IMG/VR virus record: IMGVR_UViG_3300009509_000004
Coordinates: 32,001 to 96,000 of that record
Length of the DNA: 64,000 bases
Source: a virus
Direction: 5' to 3' (one strand)
Shown: piece by piece, positions 10,443 to 20,570 of the stretch
Layout of the letters: every line of letters starts with the position of its first letter
How positions within the stretch are numbered: the first letter of the stretch is position 1
Position numbers and translations under genes: made by a program
Notes under the pieces: generated by a model
What the model saw: only the letters and a program-made list of their open reading frames with translations
Database searches by the model: none
What the model was told of the DNA's origin: nothing

Positions 10443-13400
10443 TATGCCACCCCCTTCATCGGAGCAGCGCCGTGCTCAAGCATCGCCCTGCGTTGCCACG
10501 GGGTGGACTTGAACCCTGACCTGTCCTGAATCTCCTGCTTGTGTCTTGCGCTCGCAACGTTGATCGACTCGCCGTCAACGCACATCTTGTTGTTGATGTC
10601 GATGGTGCGCTTGTCCTCAAGCTGAATCTCTGCTTTGACCTCTGGCTTTTGCGCCTGCCGTTGTTTCTCCATCGCCTTGAGATCGCCGATTGCCGCAACT
10701 TGATCCTTGAGCAGCGCGATCTGTTCAGCCGTCCCTGCCTGTGCTTGGGTCTGGGCTGCCTGAACCTGCGGTTGTGCTGCCGCCGCTGCCGCTTTTGCCG
10801 GCTCTGCGCCTTTTAGAGTTGCTGCAACAGTAGGTACAGCCTTGTCCAGTTGCGCAGCAATTTCGTCACTCTGAATGCCTCCCTCCATCCATTTCTGAAG
10901 GGAACCAAGATCAACTCCCAGCTTCCCTGCGAGCGTATCAGCACCAGGGATCTTGCGGATGAGTTTGATCACCACGCCCATGACTGCCCTCAGCGGCATG
11001 GTCAGCGCGTTGAAGATGCCGATGCCGACCCGTTTGAGGCCACCCAGGAAGTCGCCTTGGAACATCTGGATGATGCCGCCAAACACGTCCTGAAACACCC
11101 TCTTGATTGTGATGATGGGCGTCTTGAACAGCGGGATCAAGAATGACACGATCTTGCCGATTGTGTTGACCACAAAGCCAACGACCTCGATGAGAGCAAT
11201 CAACATTGCTGAAATGAAGTTGCCGATGGTCGTGCCGACCTCGACCCAATTGACCTCGACCGTGCTGCCACCAGACGTGAACTCTGCCACGACATCGTTG
11301 ATCTCTGCCTTGATTTCTGCCACCACCCCGCTGAACGTCTCAACGATGGTGTTCCAGACGTTCATGAAGGTGTTTTTGATCTCTGTCCAATTTGCCATCA
11401 GGGCATCGCCCGCCGCCTTCAGCGCGGTGAGTGGCCCCTCGATGAATCCCCATACTGTGTCCATCAACCAGACAAACACATCAATGACCATGCCAAAGGC
11501 ATCAGCAGCGACACTGGCAACCCAGAGAACGCCGTTGGCGATTGCTCCGCCAACTTCATCCCACTTGATCTCCATGTCGTCCAAGCCCTGGAACCATGAC
11601 CCAAAGATGGCGTTGAACCTCTCTTTGATTTTGGCAACTGTGGTCTCGATTTTCTGAACTGCTTGGTCCCAAACCGCCTTCCACTTGTCAATGACCGCCC
11701 CGATGCCTTCATCCCACTTCTGCTTGAACCCGTCAATGAACGGTGTCCAAACGTTGTTGTAGAAGTCCATCACGGCCTGCTTGATGTTGCCCCACACCCT
11801 GACCAGGGTGTCGCCAATTGACTCGCCTTCCTTCCTGATGAACAAGAATGCAAGGGCAACCGCCCCCGCAACGATGACGATGGGCCAGAACGCCCCTGCG
11901 AGCAACGCCAGCCCGCCCTTGATGACCGCAAACGCCCCAAGCGCGATGGTCTTGAATGCCGCAAACGCCTGAATCAACCCGCTGACCATGAAACCAAAGG
12001 TCACAAGGCCAAGAATGATGGGCACCATCGCGCCTGCCACAATCGCAAAGATGGTGGCATATTTGGCAATCTTGCGCACGCCGTCCTTGCCAAACTTGTC
12101 CTCAAGCGTCTTGCCCAGCTCCTTGACTTTGGCCACAACGCTGTCCCACGCATCCCTGAGCGTGTCGATGGCATCTTGCAGCCCCAGCGCGATCTGCAGG
12201 GCTGTGCTCCCGTGTTCCTCTTCAATCTTCTGCAGTGTCTCCATCTCAAAGATTTGAGAACGGATCTTGTCAGCATCCCTGGCTCTGGCCGCCTCGACCT
12301 CTGACATTGCAGCGATCTCTTGCTCAATCTGCCTGCGCTGCGCCTGGCTCAATTTCTTGTTGCTGTCCAGCGCCTCTTGCAATACCTGGGTGCGCAACTG
12401 CCTCTGAGCGTCAGCCGCCCCCGCCGCGCCGCTGAATGCAAGGTCAATCTGCTGCTTGGAAGCATCCCGCCTCGCCTTGACCATCTCGTTGATCTGCTGA
12501 AGCATCATGTTCTTGCGCTTCTCAGACAGATCGCTGATGGATTTGACTCCAGCCGCTTCCAAGTGCCGTGTCTTGAGCGCTTCTGCTCGCCTCTTGGTCT
12601 CAGCCTCGATGGCAGACTCAACCGCCCTCTTGCGCGCCTCGACCTGCGCTGATGACAACTGCTCTTCACCTATCTGCATGCGGGAAATCACCTGAAGTGC
12701 TCCCAGCATTGAACTCCTGTATTTGTCCGTGACGCCAGCCGCCTCAAGCCGCTTGCTCGACTCACGTGCAATGGCCTGAGCGCTCTTGGCGTTCTCCATG
12801 TTCTCCTTTTGTCTGATCTCGTTGAGCCCTTCCAGGCTGAACAGCACGCCGTTCAAGCTGTTGGTCATCTGCTCGATGACTGGCGTGAAGCTCTTGAGCA
12901 GCGGTCCAAAAATGCCGATGCTCACCGACTCGACTGATGCCCCAAACAGTGTTAGTCTGCCCAGGAAGTTGTCAAGCCGCTTGTTGGCCATCTCTGTGGC
13001 CGCCCCAACGCCAGCACTGGATGCGACAAGCTCATCTTGCAACTTGTCCATCGACTCCTTGCCAGCAACTGCCAGAGCGTTGTATGCACGCGCACCCCTG
13101 ATGCCAAACAGCTCAGTGGCGATGCGCGCCCGCTCCGTGGCGCTTGGGATCTTGGCCATCCTCCTGCTGACCTGGTCAACGATGTCGCTCACCTTCCTGA
13201 GCGTTCCATCTGCGTTGGTCAGTGACAGCCCCCAATCGTTGATGATCTTCTTGCCCTCTCGCCCTGGCTTGGATAGCTTCACCATCATGTTGGTGAATGC
13301 CGTTCCAGCCAGCGATCCCTTCAGGCCTGCATCCGCCAGCTTGCCAAAGATGGCAGTTGTTTCCTCAAGGGACATCCCAAGTGATTTGGCCTGGGACACG

Positions 13401-14068
13401 CCATATTTGAATGATTCTCCAAGCCCTGTGATATTGGTGTTTGACCTCGCTGAAGCAAGGGCCAGCACGTCTGCGACGTGTGAAGCCTCGCCCCATTCCA
13501 TGGCCATGCCCTTGACGACCTGGGCAACGATGTCGGATGCTGTCGCCAAGTCGATGGCGTCAGCCGCCGCTGCATTCATCGTGCCTTGGAGTGCTGCGAT
13601 GATCTGGTCTGAGTTTGCGCCCGCCCGCCCCAAATACTCCATCGCCTCGCCTGCCTGAGTAGCACTGAACACGGACACGATGCCCATGCGCTTTGCTTCC
13701 TTGGTCAGCTTGGCCATGTCCTCTTCATTGGCTCGCGTGATCGCGCCAACGCCAGACATCTGCTGCTCAAACTTGGCTGCCTTTGCTACGCCAGCCCCTA
13801 CTGCAGCTGTGAGTGGGAGTGCTCCCAGCGCTGCGTTGCGCAGCCCCGCTCCCATCTGTTTGACGCCAGCTCCAATCTGCTTGAAGCCAGACATCATCTG
13901 GTTTGTGGCTTGTTGTACCGATCTCGCCATGCGCTGCATGGCAGGTGGGGTGCGGTCAGCAGTCTGGATGAACTGTCCCAAGGCATTGCGCGCACGATTG
14001 CTTGCTTGGACAAATTGTTTGTCGTCTGCTGTGAGCGTAGCTCCCAAACCGTATCGCTCAAGTGCCAT
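10442..14068 (-). CDS. Tape measure protein (TP901-type core)
   Basis: 1208 aa and helical; FSATQAGEAMEYLGRAG and LADAGLKGSLAGT core motifs; hydrophobic segments and Trp-periodic repeats. Confidence 0.95.
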   Translation of the reverse strand: MALERYGLGATLTADDKQFVQASNRARNALGQFIQTADRTPPAMQRMARSVQQATNQMMSGFKQIGAGVKQMGAGLRNAALGALPLTAAVGAGVAKAAKFEQQMSGVGAITRANEEDMAKLTKEAKRMGIVSVFSATQAGEAMEYLGRAGANSDQIIAALQGTMNAAAADAIDLATASDIVAQVVKGMAMEWGEASHVADVLALASARSNTNITGLGESFKYGVSQAKSLGMSLEETTAIFGKLADAGLKGSLAGTAFTNMMVKLSKPGREGKKIINDWGLSLTNADGTLRKVSDIVDQVSRRMAKIPSATERARIATELFGIRGARAYNALAVAGKESMDKLQDELVASSAGVGAATEMANKRLDNFLGRLTLFGASVESVSIGIFGPLLKSFTPVIEQMTNSLNGVLFSLEGLNEIRQKENMENAKSAQAIARESSKRLEAAGVTDKYRSSMLGALQVISRMQIGEEQLSSAQVEARKRAVESAIEAETKRRAEALKTRHLEAAGVKSISDLSEKRKNMMLQQINEMVKARRDASKQQIDLAFSGAAGAADAQRQLRTQVLQEALDSNKKLSQAQRRQIEQEIAAMSEVEAARARDADKIRSQIFEMETLQKIEEEHGSTALQIALGLQDAIDTLRDAWDSVVAKVKELGKTLEDKFGKDGVRKIAKYATIFAIVAGAMVPIILGLVTFGFMVSGLIQAFAAFKTIALGAFAVIKGGLALLAGAFWPIVIVAGAVALAFLFIRKEGESIGDTLVRVWGNIKQAVMDFYNNVWTPFIDGFKQKWDEGIGAVIDKWKAVWDQAVQKIETTVAKIKERFNAIFGSWFQGLDDMEIKWDEVGGAIANGVLWVASVAADAFGMVIDVFVWLMDTVWGFIEGPLTALKAAGDALMANWTEIKNTFMNVWNTIVETFSGVVAEIKAEINDVVAEFTSGGSTVEVNWVEVGTTIGNFISAMLIALIEVVGFVVNTIGKIVSFLIPLFKTPIITIKRVFQDVFGGIIQMFQGDFLGGLKRVGIGIFNALTMPLRAVMGVVIKLIRKIPGADTLAGKLGVDLGSLQKWMEGGIQSDEIAAQLDKAVPTVAATLKGAEPAKAAAAAAQPQVQAAQTQAQAGTAEQIALLKDQVAAIGDLKAMEKQRQAQKPEVKAEIQLEDKRTIDINNKMCVDGESINVASARHKQEIQDRSGFKSTPWQRRAMLEHGAAPMKGVA

Positions 14069-14071
14069 GAG

Positions 14072-14282
14072 CTAATGCCTCCTGGGCTTTTTCACCCTTG
14101 AGCCTCGCTTCATTTGCTCGGCTTCCTTCTTGAGCTGCTTGTGTAACCGTCTCAAATACCACTCACGGTCAACACTCAGCATACGCTCAACGTCACCGTA
14201 TGTCATCCCCTCCATGCAATAGGTTAGCGCAAACACCTCTTCCCGCAAATCATCCGTTGACCTTAGCGGGAAGAATCGCCGA
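14072..14282 (-). CDS. -1 frameshift extension of the tail assembly chaperone
   Basis: Open -1 frame after the slippery T TTT TTC (14287-14281): FRRFFPLRSTDDLREEVFALTYCMEGMTYGDVERMLSVDREWYLRRLHKQLKKE...; stops 3 nt before the TMP start. Confidence 0.7.
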
Positions 14283-15165
14283 AAAAATTGTCATATCCCC
14301 AGTCAATTGCCAGCTTGTACTGGTATCGACAGCGTTGACAATTCCCTTCGACAGACATGTTGGGGCCAATCGCGTGTTCATCAACCCGATTGGTGATCGC
14401 CTCGATGTCTCGTTTGCCCATCTCATCCAACTCAGACTCGGCAAGGGCAACCTGCTGTGGTTTCCCTTCCTTGTCCTTCCAGTTGGCGATCCCGTGAATG
14501 GAACCAAGGATGACGCTTGCCTTTGCTGCTCCTGTGTTCAGACCTCCAACGCCCTGCATGTTTTCCAATGAAGTCCAACGTGCTGGGCCCATGAGCAGGT
14601 CTGTCACCTCTTTTCCCCTGATGCTGAATGGCTCCCTGAGCTTATACTCCCACAGGGAATCGCCCAACTTCTCACAGACGTCAACCTCAACGGTTTCCAA
14701 GTCTGCTGTGAACGGGAATTTGAAGCCACAGTTTGGGCACCTCAAGTTGAGGTGCAGCTCGTTGCCCAAGGCCTGCATGCGCAACCAGACATAGGCATAG
14801 AACACATCACCCATGAACATCTGTGAGATGTGGATGCGCCTTTCCTCTGGCTTCATGCCCTCAAATTTGTGTTGCCCGACCTGGGTGCACATCGTGGCCA
14901 GAACCATGCCAACAAACTGCGCAACGTTGGCATCTCGGTTCTTGTCCCTCAGATCGCCCAACTCGCGTTCTTCAGCCATGCGCCATCGCCTCACAGCGAT
15001 GTCCTTGGCATAGCTGCCGTCAGTTGTGACAAGACCAAGGGGCAGCCTTGGCCCCTGCTCTTTGAGCACAACTCGCTTCAGATGGGCAACGCCCTTGTCG
15101 GAAACAGAATTGGCCGTTTCATCGGCCTGTGGATCCACACCTTGCGGTGTTTCTGGCTGGATCAC
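14263..15165 (-). CDS. Tail assembly chaperone with two CxxC motifs
   Basis: Between the tube and TMP genes; CPNC and CQRC motifs; ends ...DNFF on a slippery site. Confidence 0.75.
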   Translation of the reverse strand: MIQPETPQGVDPQADETANSVSDKGVAHLKRVVLKEQGPRLPLGLVTTDGSYAKDIAVRRWRMAEERELGDLRDKNRDANVAQFVGMVLATMCTQVGQHKFEGMKPEERRIHISQMFMGDVFYAYVWLRMQALGNELHLNLRCPNCGFKFPFTADLETVEVDVCEKLGDSLWEYKLREPFSIRGKEVTDLLMGPARWTSLENMQGVGGLNTGAAKASVILGSIHGIANWKDKEGKPQQVALAESELDEMGKRDIEAITNRVDEHAIGPNMSVEGNCQRCRYQYKLAIDWGYDNFFGDSSR

Positions 15166-15235
15166 GGTTCACCTCCAATCAGCAGTGCCCTTGTTAGGCC
15201 CAACCGTGGTATGTGTTATGAATCTTGTCGTCTGT

Positions 15236-15673
15236 TTAGATCGGCAAGATGTCGTCCACGCTCAAAGTCCATTCAACCAGCGCCAGCTCGCCCTCGTTTT
15301 CCATCTCACGGTCAGGCATGACCCGCTTGGTGGGGAACACGCCAACCAGTGACTTGGTCACGGTGGTGTTGCCGCTGATCGATTGGCTGATCATGCTGCC
15401 GACCTTCTTGTAGGTGGGCAAAACAGGGTCTTGTGACTCCCTGTACCACGCCTCCATTGCGGCCTGCTCCACAAGGTGGTGCTCTGGGAGCATGATCGTG
15501 AATTCACTTGGCCCTCGATTGCCGCCAGAGACACGAGTGCGGTCAGGCATCTCTGCCGTCTGCAACTCATCCTCAAGCCCGCTCACCTCGGTTGGGGTGA
15601 GTGGGGGCAATCCAAGGATCAACAGTTGGTACTTGTTGACCGGAATGTGGTCAGCCTGGATGGCACCTTTCAT
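15236..15673 (-). CDS. Tail tube protein (T4 gp19-like)
   Basis: EVSGLE...AW...K.GS...GVFPTK...VEWTLSVD pattern; follows the sheath. Confidence 0.85.
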   Translation of the reverse strand: MKGAIQADHIPVNKYQLLILGLPPLTPTEVSGLEDELQTAEMPDRTRVSGGNRGPSEFTIMLPEHHLVEQAAMEAWYRESQDPVLPTYKKVGSMISQSISGNTTVTKSLVGVFPTKRVMPDREMENEGELALVEWTLSVDDILPI

Positions 15674-15725
15674 GTCATCAACCTCCTTGGGTCAAAGAAT
15701 CCGCTTGTTGCGGCCTTCCCAGTTG

Positions 15726-15935
15726 CTATTCGACCTCAACCCCAGCGACCACATCCGTGGCCGCAGTCGGTGTCGTGGCCGCGTCATAATCCGCCTTGAG
15801 TTGATTGAACTGCGCCACCAGATCGCCCTGCGTTTCGACAAGCCCCTTCAGGACATCGTACAGGACGTCAAACCCATGGGATTCATCGAGGCCAGCGCCA
15901 GCCTCGCCCATCAATCTCTTCAACTTGACTGCCAT
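15726..15935 (-). CDS. Small coiled-coil virion protein
   Basis: GGAGG RBS; LVAQFNQLKADYD heptad segment. Confidence 0.55.
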   Translation of the reverse strand: MAVKLKRLMGEAGAGLDESHGFDVLYDVLKGLVETQGDLVAQFNQLKADYDAATTPTAATDVVAGVEVE

Positions 15936-15999
15936 AATTGCCTCCGTTTATGGTGAGTAGGGCCAGGCCCAAACTTGCTCACACGTTCTTTGGCACCCC

Positions 16000-18279
16000 T
16001 TAGCCTACAGACTCAAAGATGCCCTGCTTGCCGATGCGGATGATGAACCGCTCAACCGTGTCTGCGAGTCTGAGCTTGATCTCTGAGATCATGTCGCCGT
16101 TGGCCCGCGTTGCGTCGGTGTTCAATTCCTCATCCAACTTGATGATGCACGCTTCCTCAAACTTGGCACCTCTCAGCGCCCGCTTGGTGAACTCCGGCAA
16201 GAAGAATGACTTGAGAGCTGACAGCGCCAGCTTCTCAGTGACTGGATCGTTGATTGCGAACACAATCCAGTCAAAGCTCTCTTGGAGCACGTGCTCATAG
16301 TAGGACATCTGCTCACGCTGATGCTTCCACTTCCATGTGGGGTCTGTGTTGACCGTGCGGTCACCCCAGATGATGAAGTTGCCCTTGAGCTTCTTGATCA
16401 CAGCGATGCCCGCTGGATTGAGCACTTCCTCGTTGAGCAAGGCATCCTTTGTCGGGATGTCGAGCAACTTGGGCAACTTGGCATCTAGGCCAGCTTCAGC
16501 CTTGTGATAGCCATCATAGTCAGCTGCGATGCGCGCCTCTCGCCCATGGATCATGCCGGTGACCGGCACCAGCTTGGTCTTGCCCTCGCTGCTGAACGGA
16601 TCGGGCACCTCACCGTAGCTGGGGAATGCCACGACAGCATAGTCAGACCGACCCAGCGTGTCATTGACCTGCGTCAATGCGCCATCCTCGGTGACCACGT
16701 TGTCAGGGATCTCGTATCTGAACTGGTGATTCTTGGCATCCGCAAATGCCACACCAGCTTTCTGGACTGCGGTGGAAGTGATGCCTGGGCACGCATACTT
16801 GATCAGGCCCATGTTCTTGCCGATGACTCGGTTGAATGGGCTGAGACCAACATCCCACGCTTGCTGGATGTAGTCTGCATCGACCAAATCTGAAATGCCG
16901 TCCCTGCCGCCTTCCATCTCCAGCGGTGCCTCGACCATGAACTCATCTGCCGGTGCGCCGTCCACGGTGAGGTCAGAACCGTCTGCGACCGTGATGCTGT
17001 CATGGTCGTTGTCAACGATTCTGAATTTGGTGTTCTTGGCGTTGGGCTTGTCGGGGTACAGATAACCGCCAATGAGCGCGTCAGGGGTGAATGGCTTGTA
17101 GTTGATGACCAGAGTGTCGCCCGCCGCAACCGCTGTGATGCCTGCGGTCACTGTGAACTCAGGAGTCCACTTGTTGTTGGGGACAAATGCTACACCCAAA
17201 GTCACCGTGCCCAAAGCCCCAAACTTGTCACTCACAGCCGCGCCGCTCGTGGCATCGGCCATGGTGATGGTGATCTTCTGGGCCACCATATCATCGTCTG
17301 TGACGTCCAGCGCAAACGTGGGATCGCCCCCGCCAGCGCTGTTGACGGTGAAGTCATGGATGACTGCTGTGAGCACCGTTGCCGTCACGGTGTCGATGAG
17401 GCCCCAATGGTTGGCTGGCCGCACTGCTGCGGTGTGAGCGCCCGTCCAAAGATCGGTTGCCCAAATCTCATCGTTGCCGCCGTCCTTGTTGATGACATCC
17501 ACCCAATAGCGTGGGTCATTCGGATCGGTGGCCAGATTGGCATACTTCTTGACAAAGTCGCCATCCACGTACACGCTGATGCTGAACTCGCTGTCAGCCT
17601 TTTCCTCGCCGTCACCGATGAGGATGCTCAGCGCCTTGCCCTCGTTTTCCAGCACGAGGTAATAGCGCAAGCTGCTGCCAGACAGCGCGTTGTAGTCATC
17701 GAGCATCGTTTGATCAGCTGCAACCGTGACGATGCCAGCATCGTCGTTGCCAACGATGGGATAGCGCTTGTTGGGTACATCTTCAAGCTCAACCCAACCG
17801 CCCTTCCACTCATCTGTCTTCATAGCCAGACCAGTGTCCAGGGTGATGTTGGTGAGATCGCCGATTGCACTCATGTCATCTGTGAGCCGATTGAGCTTGC
17901 CGCCCCAGCGCCCGCCATTCTTGGCTTTCAACGTGCCCATCGGCGTGAGCAGCGAGCCATAGCGCGCATACAGAGTCATCCCAGCGGCAAGCTCGTTGCC
18001 GTCTGTGACCCTGATGAGCATGAGACCACCAGCCCCGTTTGCCAGGTCATAGTAGTCAAAAGCGCAGTCAGGAAGCAAGGAATCAGGGATGATTCCACCA
18101 CACTTCTTCTGGAACTGCTTTTTGTTTTGTGCGAAAATGAGCTCACCGACTGGGCCCTTTTCCATGACCCCAGCATAAGCCGCCCAACCAAGGGCACCTG
18201 GCTCAATGCCTTTTTCGCCTTCAAGCTCGATGATGGTGACGCCCGCGCCTCTTGTCGGGCCAAACCGCCGTTGTGCCAT
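16000..18279 (-). CDS. Contractile tail sheath protein
   Basis: GVTIIE...GVMEKGPVG N-terminus; LNPAGIAVI...IWGDRT...WIVFAIND...VERFIIRI C-terminus. Confidence 0.95.
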   Translation of the reverse strand: MAQRRFGPTRGAGVTIIELEGEKGIEPGALGWAAYAGVMEKGPVGELIFAQNKKQFQKKCGGIIPDSLLPDCAFDYYDLANGAGGLMLIRVTDGNELAAGMTLYARYGSLLTPMGTLKAKNGGRWGGKLNRLTDDMSAIGDLTNITLDTGLAMKTDEWKGGWVELEDVPNKRYPIVGNDDAGIVTVAADQTMLDDYNALSGSSLRYYLVLENEGKALSILIGDGEEKADSEFSISVYVDGDFVKKYANLATDPNDPRYWVDVINKDGGNDEIWATDLWTGAHTAAVRPANHWGLIDTVTATVLTAVIHDFTVNSAGGGDPTFALDVTDDDMVAQKITITMADATSGAAVSDKFGALGTVTLGVAFVPNNKWTPEFTVTAGITAVAAGDTLVINYKPFTPDALIGGYLYPDKPNAKNTKFRIVDNDHDSITVADGSDLTVDGAPADEFMVEAPLEMEGGRDGISDLVDADYIQQAWDVGLSPFNRVIGKNMGLIKYACPGITSTAVQKAGVAFADAKNHQFRYEIPDNVVTEDGALTQVNDTLGRSDYAVVAFPSYGEVPDPFSSEGKTKLVPVTGMIHGREARIAADYDGYHKAEAGLDAKLPKLLDIPTKDALLNEEVLNPAGIAVIKKLKGNFIIWGDRTVNTDPTWKWKHQREQMSYYEHVLQESFDWIVFAINDPVTEKLALSALKSFFLPEFTKRALRGAKFEEACIIKLDEELNTDATRANGDMISEIKLRLADTVERFIIRIGKQGIFESVG

Positions 18280-18289
18280 GAGTGTCCTC

Positions 18290-19534
18290 CTAACTAATAA
18301 CAGCGTTCATGTCGCCCGTCAAGTTCATTCTCTCAACGGCAAACACGTCTTCAGCTTCACGTTCAAAGAATAACGCCTTGACGAGCAAAAAGCGAAGTCT
18401 CCCAGCATGTACTTCAGCGATATTGGCTTCAGTTTGGCCGTTGTATTCCTCAATCAGCCAAAGTCTGAACATTTCGTCAAGACCTTTTGATGTTATTGTT
18501 GGGTTATTTCTGAAAAACCGTTTCAGCTCGTCAGCCAATCTTACTTGGTCCCTTGCGCTGTCAGTTAGGCCATTGAGCACGACCTCGATGTCAGCTTGAA
18601 GTGGGCCTGGAACTTTGACTGCGCTCCTGTTAGACTTGTTGATCACCCAGTCATCTTGCCCACTTTCTGCAGAGTTGATTAGGTTGACATCTGTGAGAAT
18701 CAAAGCTGGCACTTTGGCCACCTCGTGATACTCCTGGCCGGTGGTAACTGCCACCTCTGGTTCCCATATGAAGCGCACCCAAAGCAACTTCCCAGCAGCA
18801 ATTGATGTGCTTAGTGTGATGATTTGGGTGTTTTGGTCATATGATTGATACAAGTCTGTGAAATGGTCAGGATCGTCCGTGTGATTGAAGCATGCATCAA
18901 TCCCAACAACGTTGTATGGCGTTTCCAGCTTGTAATCATTCTTCAAGTCAATCGTAGCTGATGCGACATTGATCTTGATCGGGAAGTCTGAGATGGGTCT
19001 GACCTGCTCTCTCAGCTGCCTGACGATGGTCCTGTACACATAATCCTCTTGGTGTTCAACGCTGGATGAATACAACACCTTGACAGCGCTGATCTCTGGC
19101 GTGACACCTCCGTCAGTCGTGTACGGGTTGAGGATCACCTGCAGCTTCTTGCTGGTGGCTGGGAAGTCTGCGATGTGATTGGCAACATCCGCCTCGCTGT
19201 TCCAATCCGACACATTGACCACCCAATCCGCGCCATCCCACCAATATTCATTTGTGCCGTCTGACAGCCTGAACTTGACTCCAGTCAGGTCTTGCCCAAG
19301 ATCGTCCTTTGCGTTGACGACCTCGCACTCAAACCCAAGCCATTGTCGCACGCTGTCTGGGATGGTCACCCACGTCTTTGCATACAGGTCTGTGTCAAGT
19401 GGGTATCCGCCGCCGCCCTCTTTCAACTGAATCTTGTGCGTCTCTGGATTCAACCGCACATCTGCGCCCAGCTCGATCCTGTAACGGTTGTCGTTGCTGA
19501 AGTTGAATCGCTTGATTAGCCTCTTGAGTCTCAT
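18290..19534 (-). CDS. Tail terminator / neck protein with an N-terminal extra domain
   Basis: Directly upstream of the sheath; PALILTD...ADIEVVLNGLTDSARDQVRL segment resembles tail terminators. Confidence 0.55.
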   Translation of the reverse strand: MRLKRLIKRFNFSNDNRYRIELGADVRLNPETHKIQLKEGGGGYPLDTDLYAKTWVTIPDSVRQWLGFECEVVNAKDDLGQDLTGVKFRLSDGTNEYWWDGADWVVNVSDWNSEADVANHIADFPATSKKLQVILNPYTTDGGVTPEISAVKVLYSSSVEHQEDYVYRTIVRQLREQVRPISDFPIKINVASATIDLKNDYKLETPYNVVGIDACFNHTDDPDHFTDLYQSYDQNTQIITLSTSIAAGKLLWVRFIWEPEVAVTTGQEYHEVAKVPALILTDVNLINSAESGQDDWVINKSNRSAVKVPGPLQADIEVVLNGLTDSARDQVRLADELKRFFRNNPTITSKGLDEMFRLWLIEEYNGQTEANIAEVHAGRLRFLLVKALFFEREAEDVFAVERMNLTGDMNAVIS

Positions 19535-20160
19535 TGCGATGACAACTCCTTCATGGCCGCAGCCATCGCTTGGTCCCAGAACTTCCTTGCCATGGACTGC
19601 ATCTCGCCTTTATTCCATGCTTGCCTGATGAATGGCCTGCCTGGGATGATGATTGCCTTTGTGCTTTCTTTCAGTGGACGCCAACCGCCTGGCATTTTGT
19701 CCCACAGCTCTTGCGCACGCTCGCTGAGGGCAATGGTTGGGTCCATCTCTTTGCGCCATAGCACATAGAACATGCCACGCATCTTTGCCGTGACCCCGAT
19801 GACTGTGCCCTCGTGGAGCATGACTGCCAAGTCATATTCCTTGTGCTTCTGCAGGATGCCCACAAACACTGTGATGTCGTCAATGACCTTGGATGTGATC
19901 GCCTTGAACAGAGGTGAGCCTGGCCTGTCGCCGATCAATGGTTCATTCTTGCCGCCCTTCAGGGCAACAGTGAGGGGTGCGTTTGGCTCAAAACTGCCTG
20001 ACGCGATCTCCTGCCTGATCAGTGCCTCGCCCTTTTTGCCAATGAACTGGGACGCCCGCCTCAGATGCTTGCGCAACGTTGGTCGTACAACACCTGGCCC
20101 AAGCTGCTTCTCAAGCCGCTTCCAGCGCTTGTCCAGCTTGAATTTGGCTGCCCCTGGCAT
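19531..20160 (-). CDS. Neck / virion morphogenesis protein (Mu gpG- or HK97 gp10-like)
   Basis: PNAPLTVALKG...PLI...AVMLHEGT...IPGRPFI motifs. Confidence 0.75.
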   Translation of the reverse strand: MPGAAKFKLDKRWKRLEKQLGPGVVRPTLRKHLRRASQFIGKKGEALIRQEIASGSFEPNAPLTVALKGGKNEPLIGDRPGSPLFKAITSKVIDDITVFVGILQKHKEYDLAVMLHEGTVIGVTAKMRGMFYVLWRKEMDPTIALSERAQELWDKMPGGWRPLKESTKAIIIPGRPFIRQAWNKGEMQSMARKFWDQAMAAAMKELSSQ

Positions 20161-20561
20161 CAGTCTTCAACCCCTCTCGATGGCGCTCTGTCTGTGAAAT
20201 ATGCCTTGACCAATGATGCGCCGTTTTGGTCAGGGTAGTGCCCAATTGGTTTCAAGGCAATGATGTAGACATCCGTGTCAAGGTGCCCCATCTTGATGAA
20301 CCTGTCCTGCCTCTTGAGCGTGATCCCTTGGGCATTCAAGTCGATGTATCTGAACAACACATATCCAGACGCATCCTGCTCGACACCGCCCTTGGTGCTT
20401 GATGCTTCTTGCAAATCCCAATTGGGCTGCCCCTTCACCACCTTGGTCTCGACTCTGGCAGCCTGTTGGACAGGCTCCCTGAAGTCGTCATCATAGATGG
20501 TCTCACCCTCGCTCCATTGCTCGATTGTGATGTTGATCGGGTGGATGAGATTGGGCAACAT
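20160..20561 (-). CDS. Head closure (stopper) protein
   Basis: 133 aa, beta-rich, IYDDDFREP motif; between the adaptor and neck genes. Confidence 0.65.
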   Translation of the reverse strand: MLPNLIHPINITIEQWSEGETIYDDDFREPVQQAARVETKVVKGQPNWDLQEASSTKGGVEQDASGYVLFRYIDLNAQGITLKRQDRFIKMGHLDTDVYIIALKPIGHYPDQNGASLVKAYFTDRAPSRGVED

Positions 20562-20570
20562 GCGCGCCTC

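Noticed and set aside
2033-18279. Tail module as an eCIS, tailocin or T6SS
   Set aside because: It is contiguous with capsid, portal and terminase genes, so it is a true phage tail.
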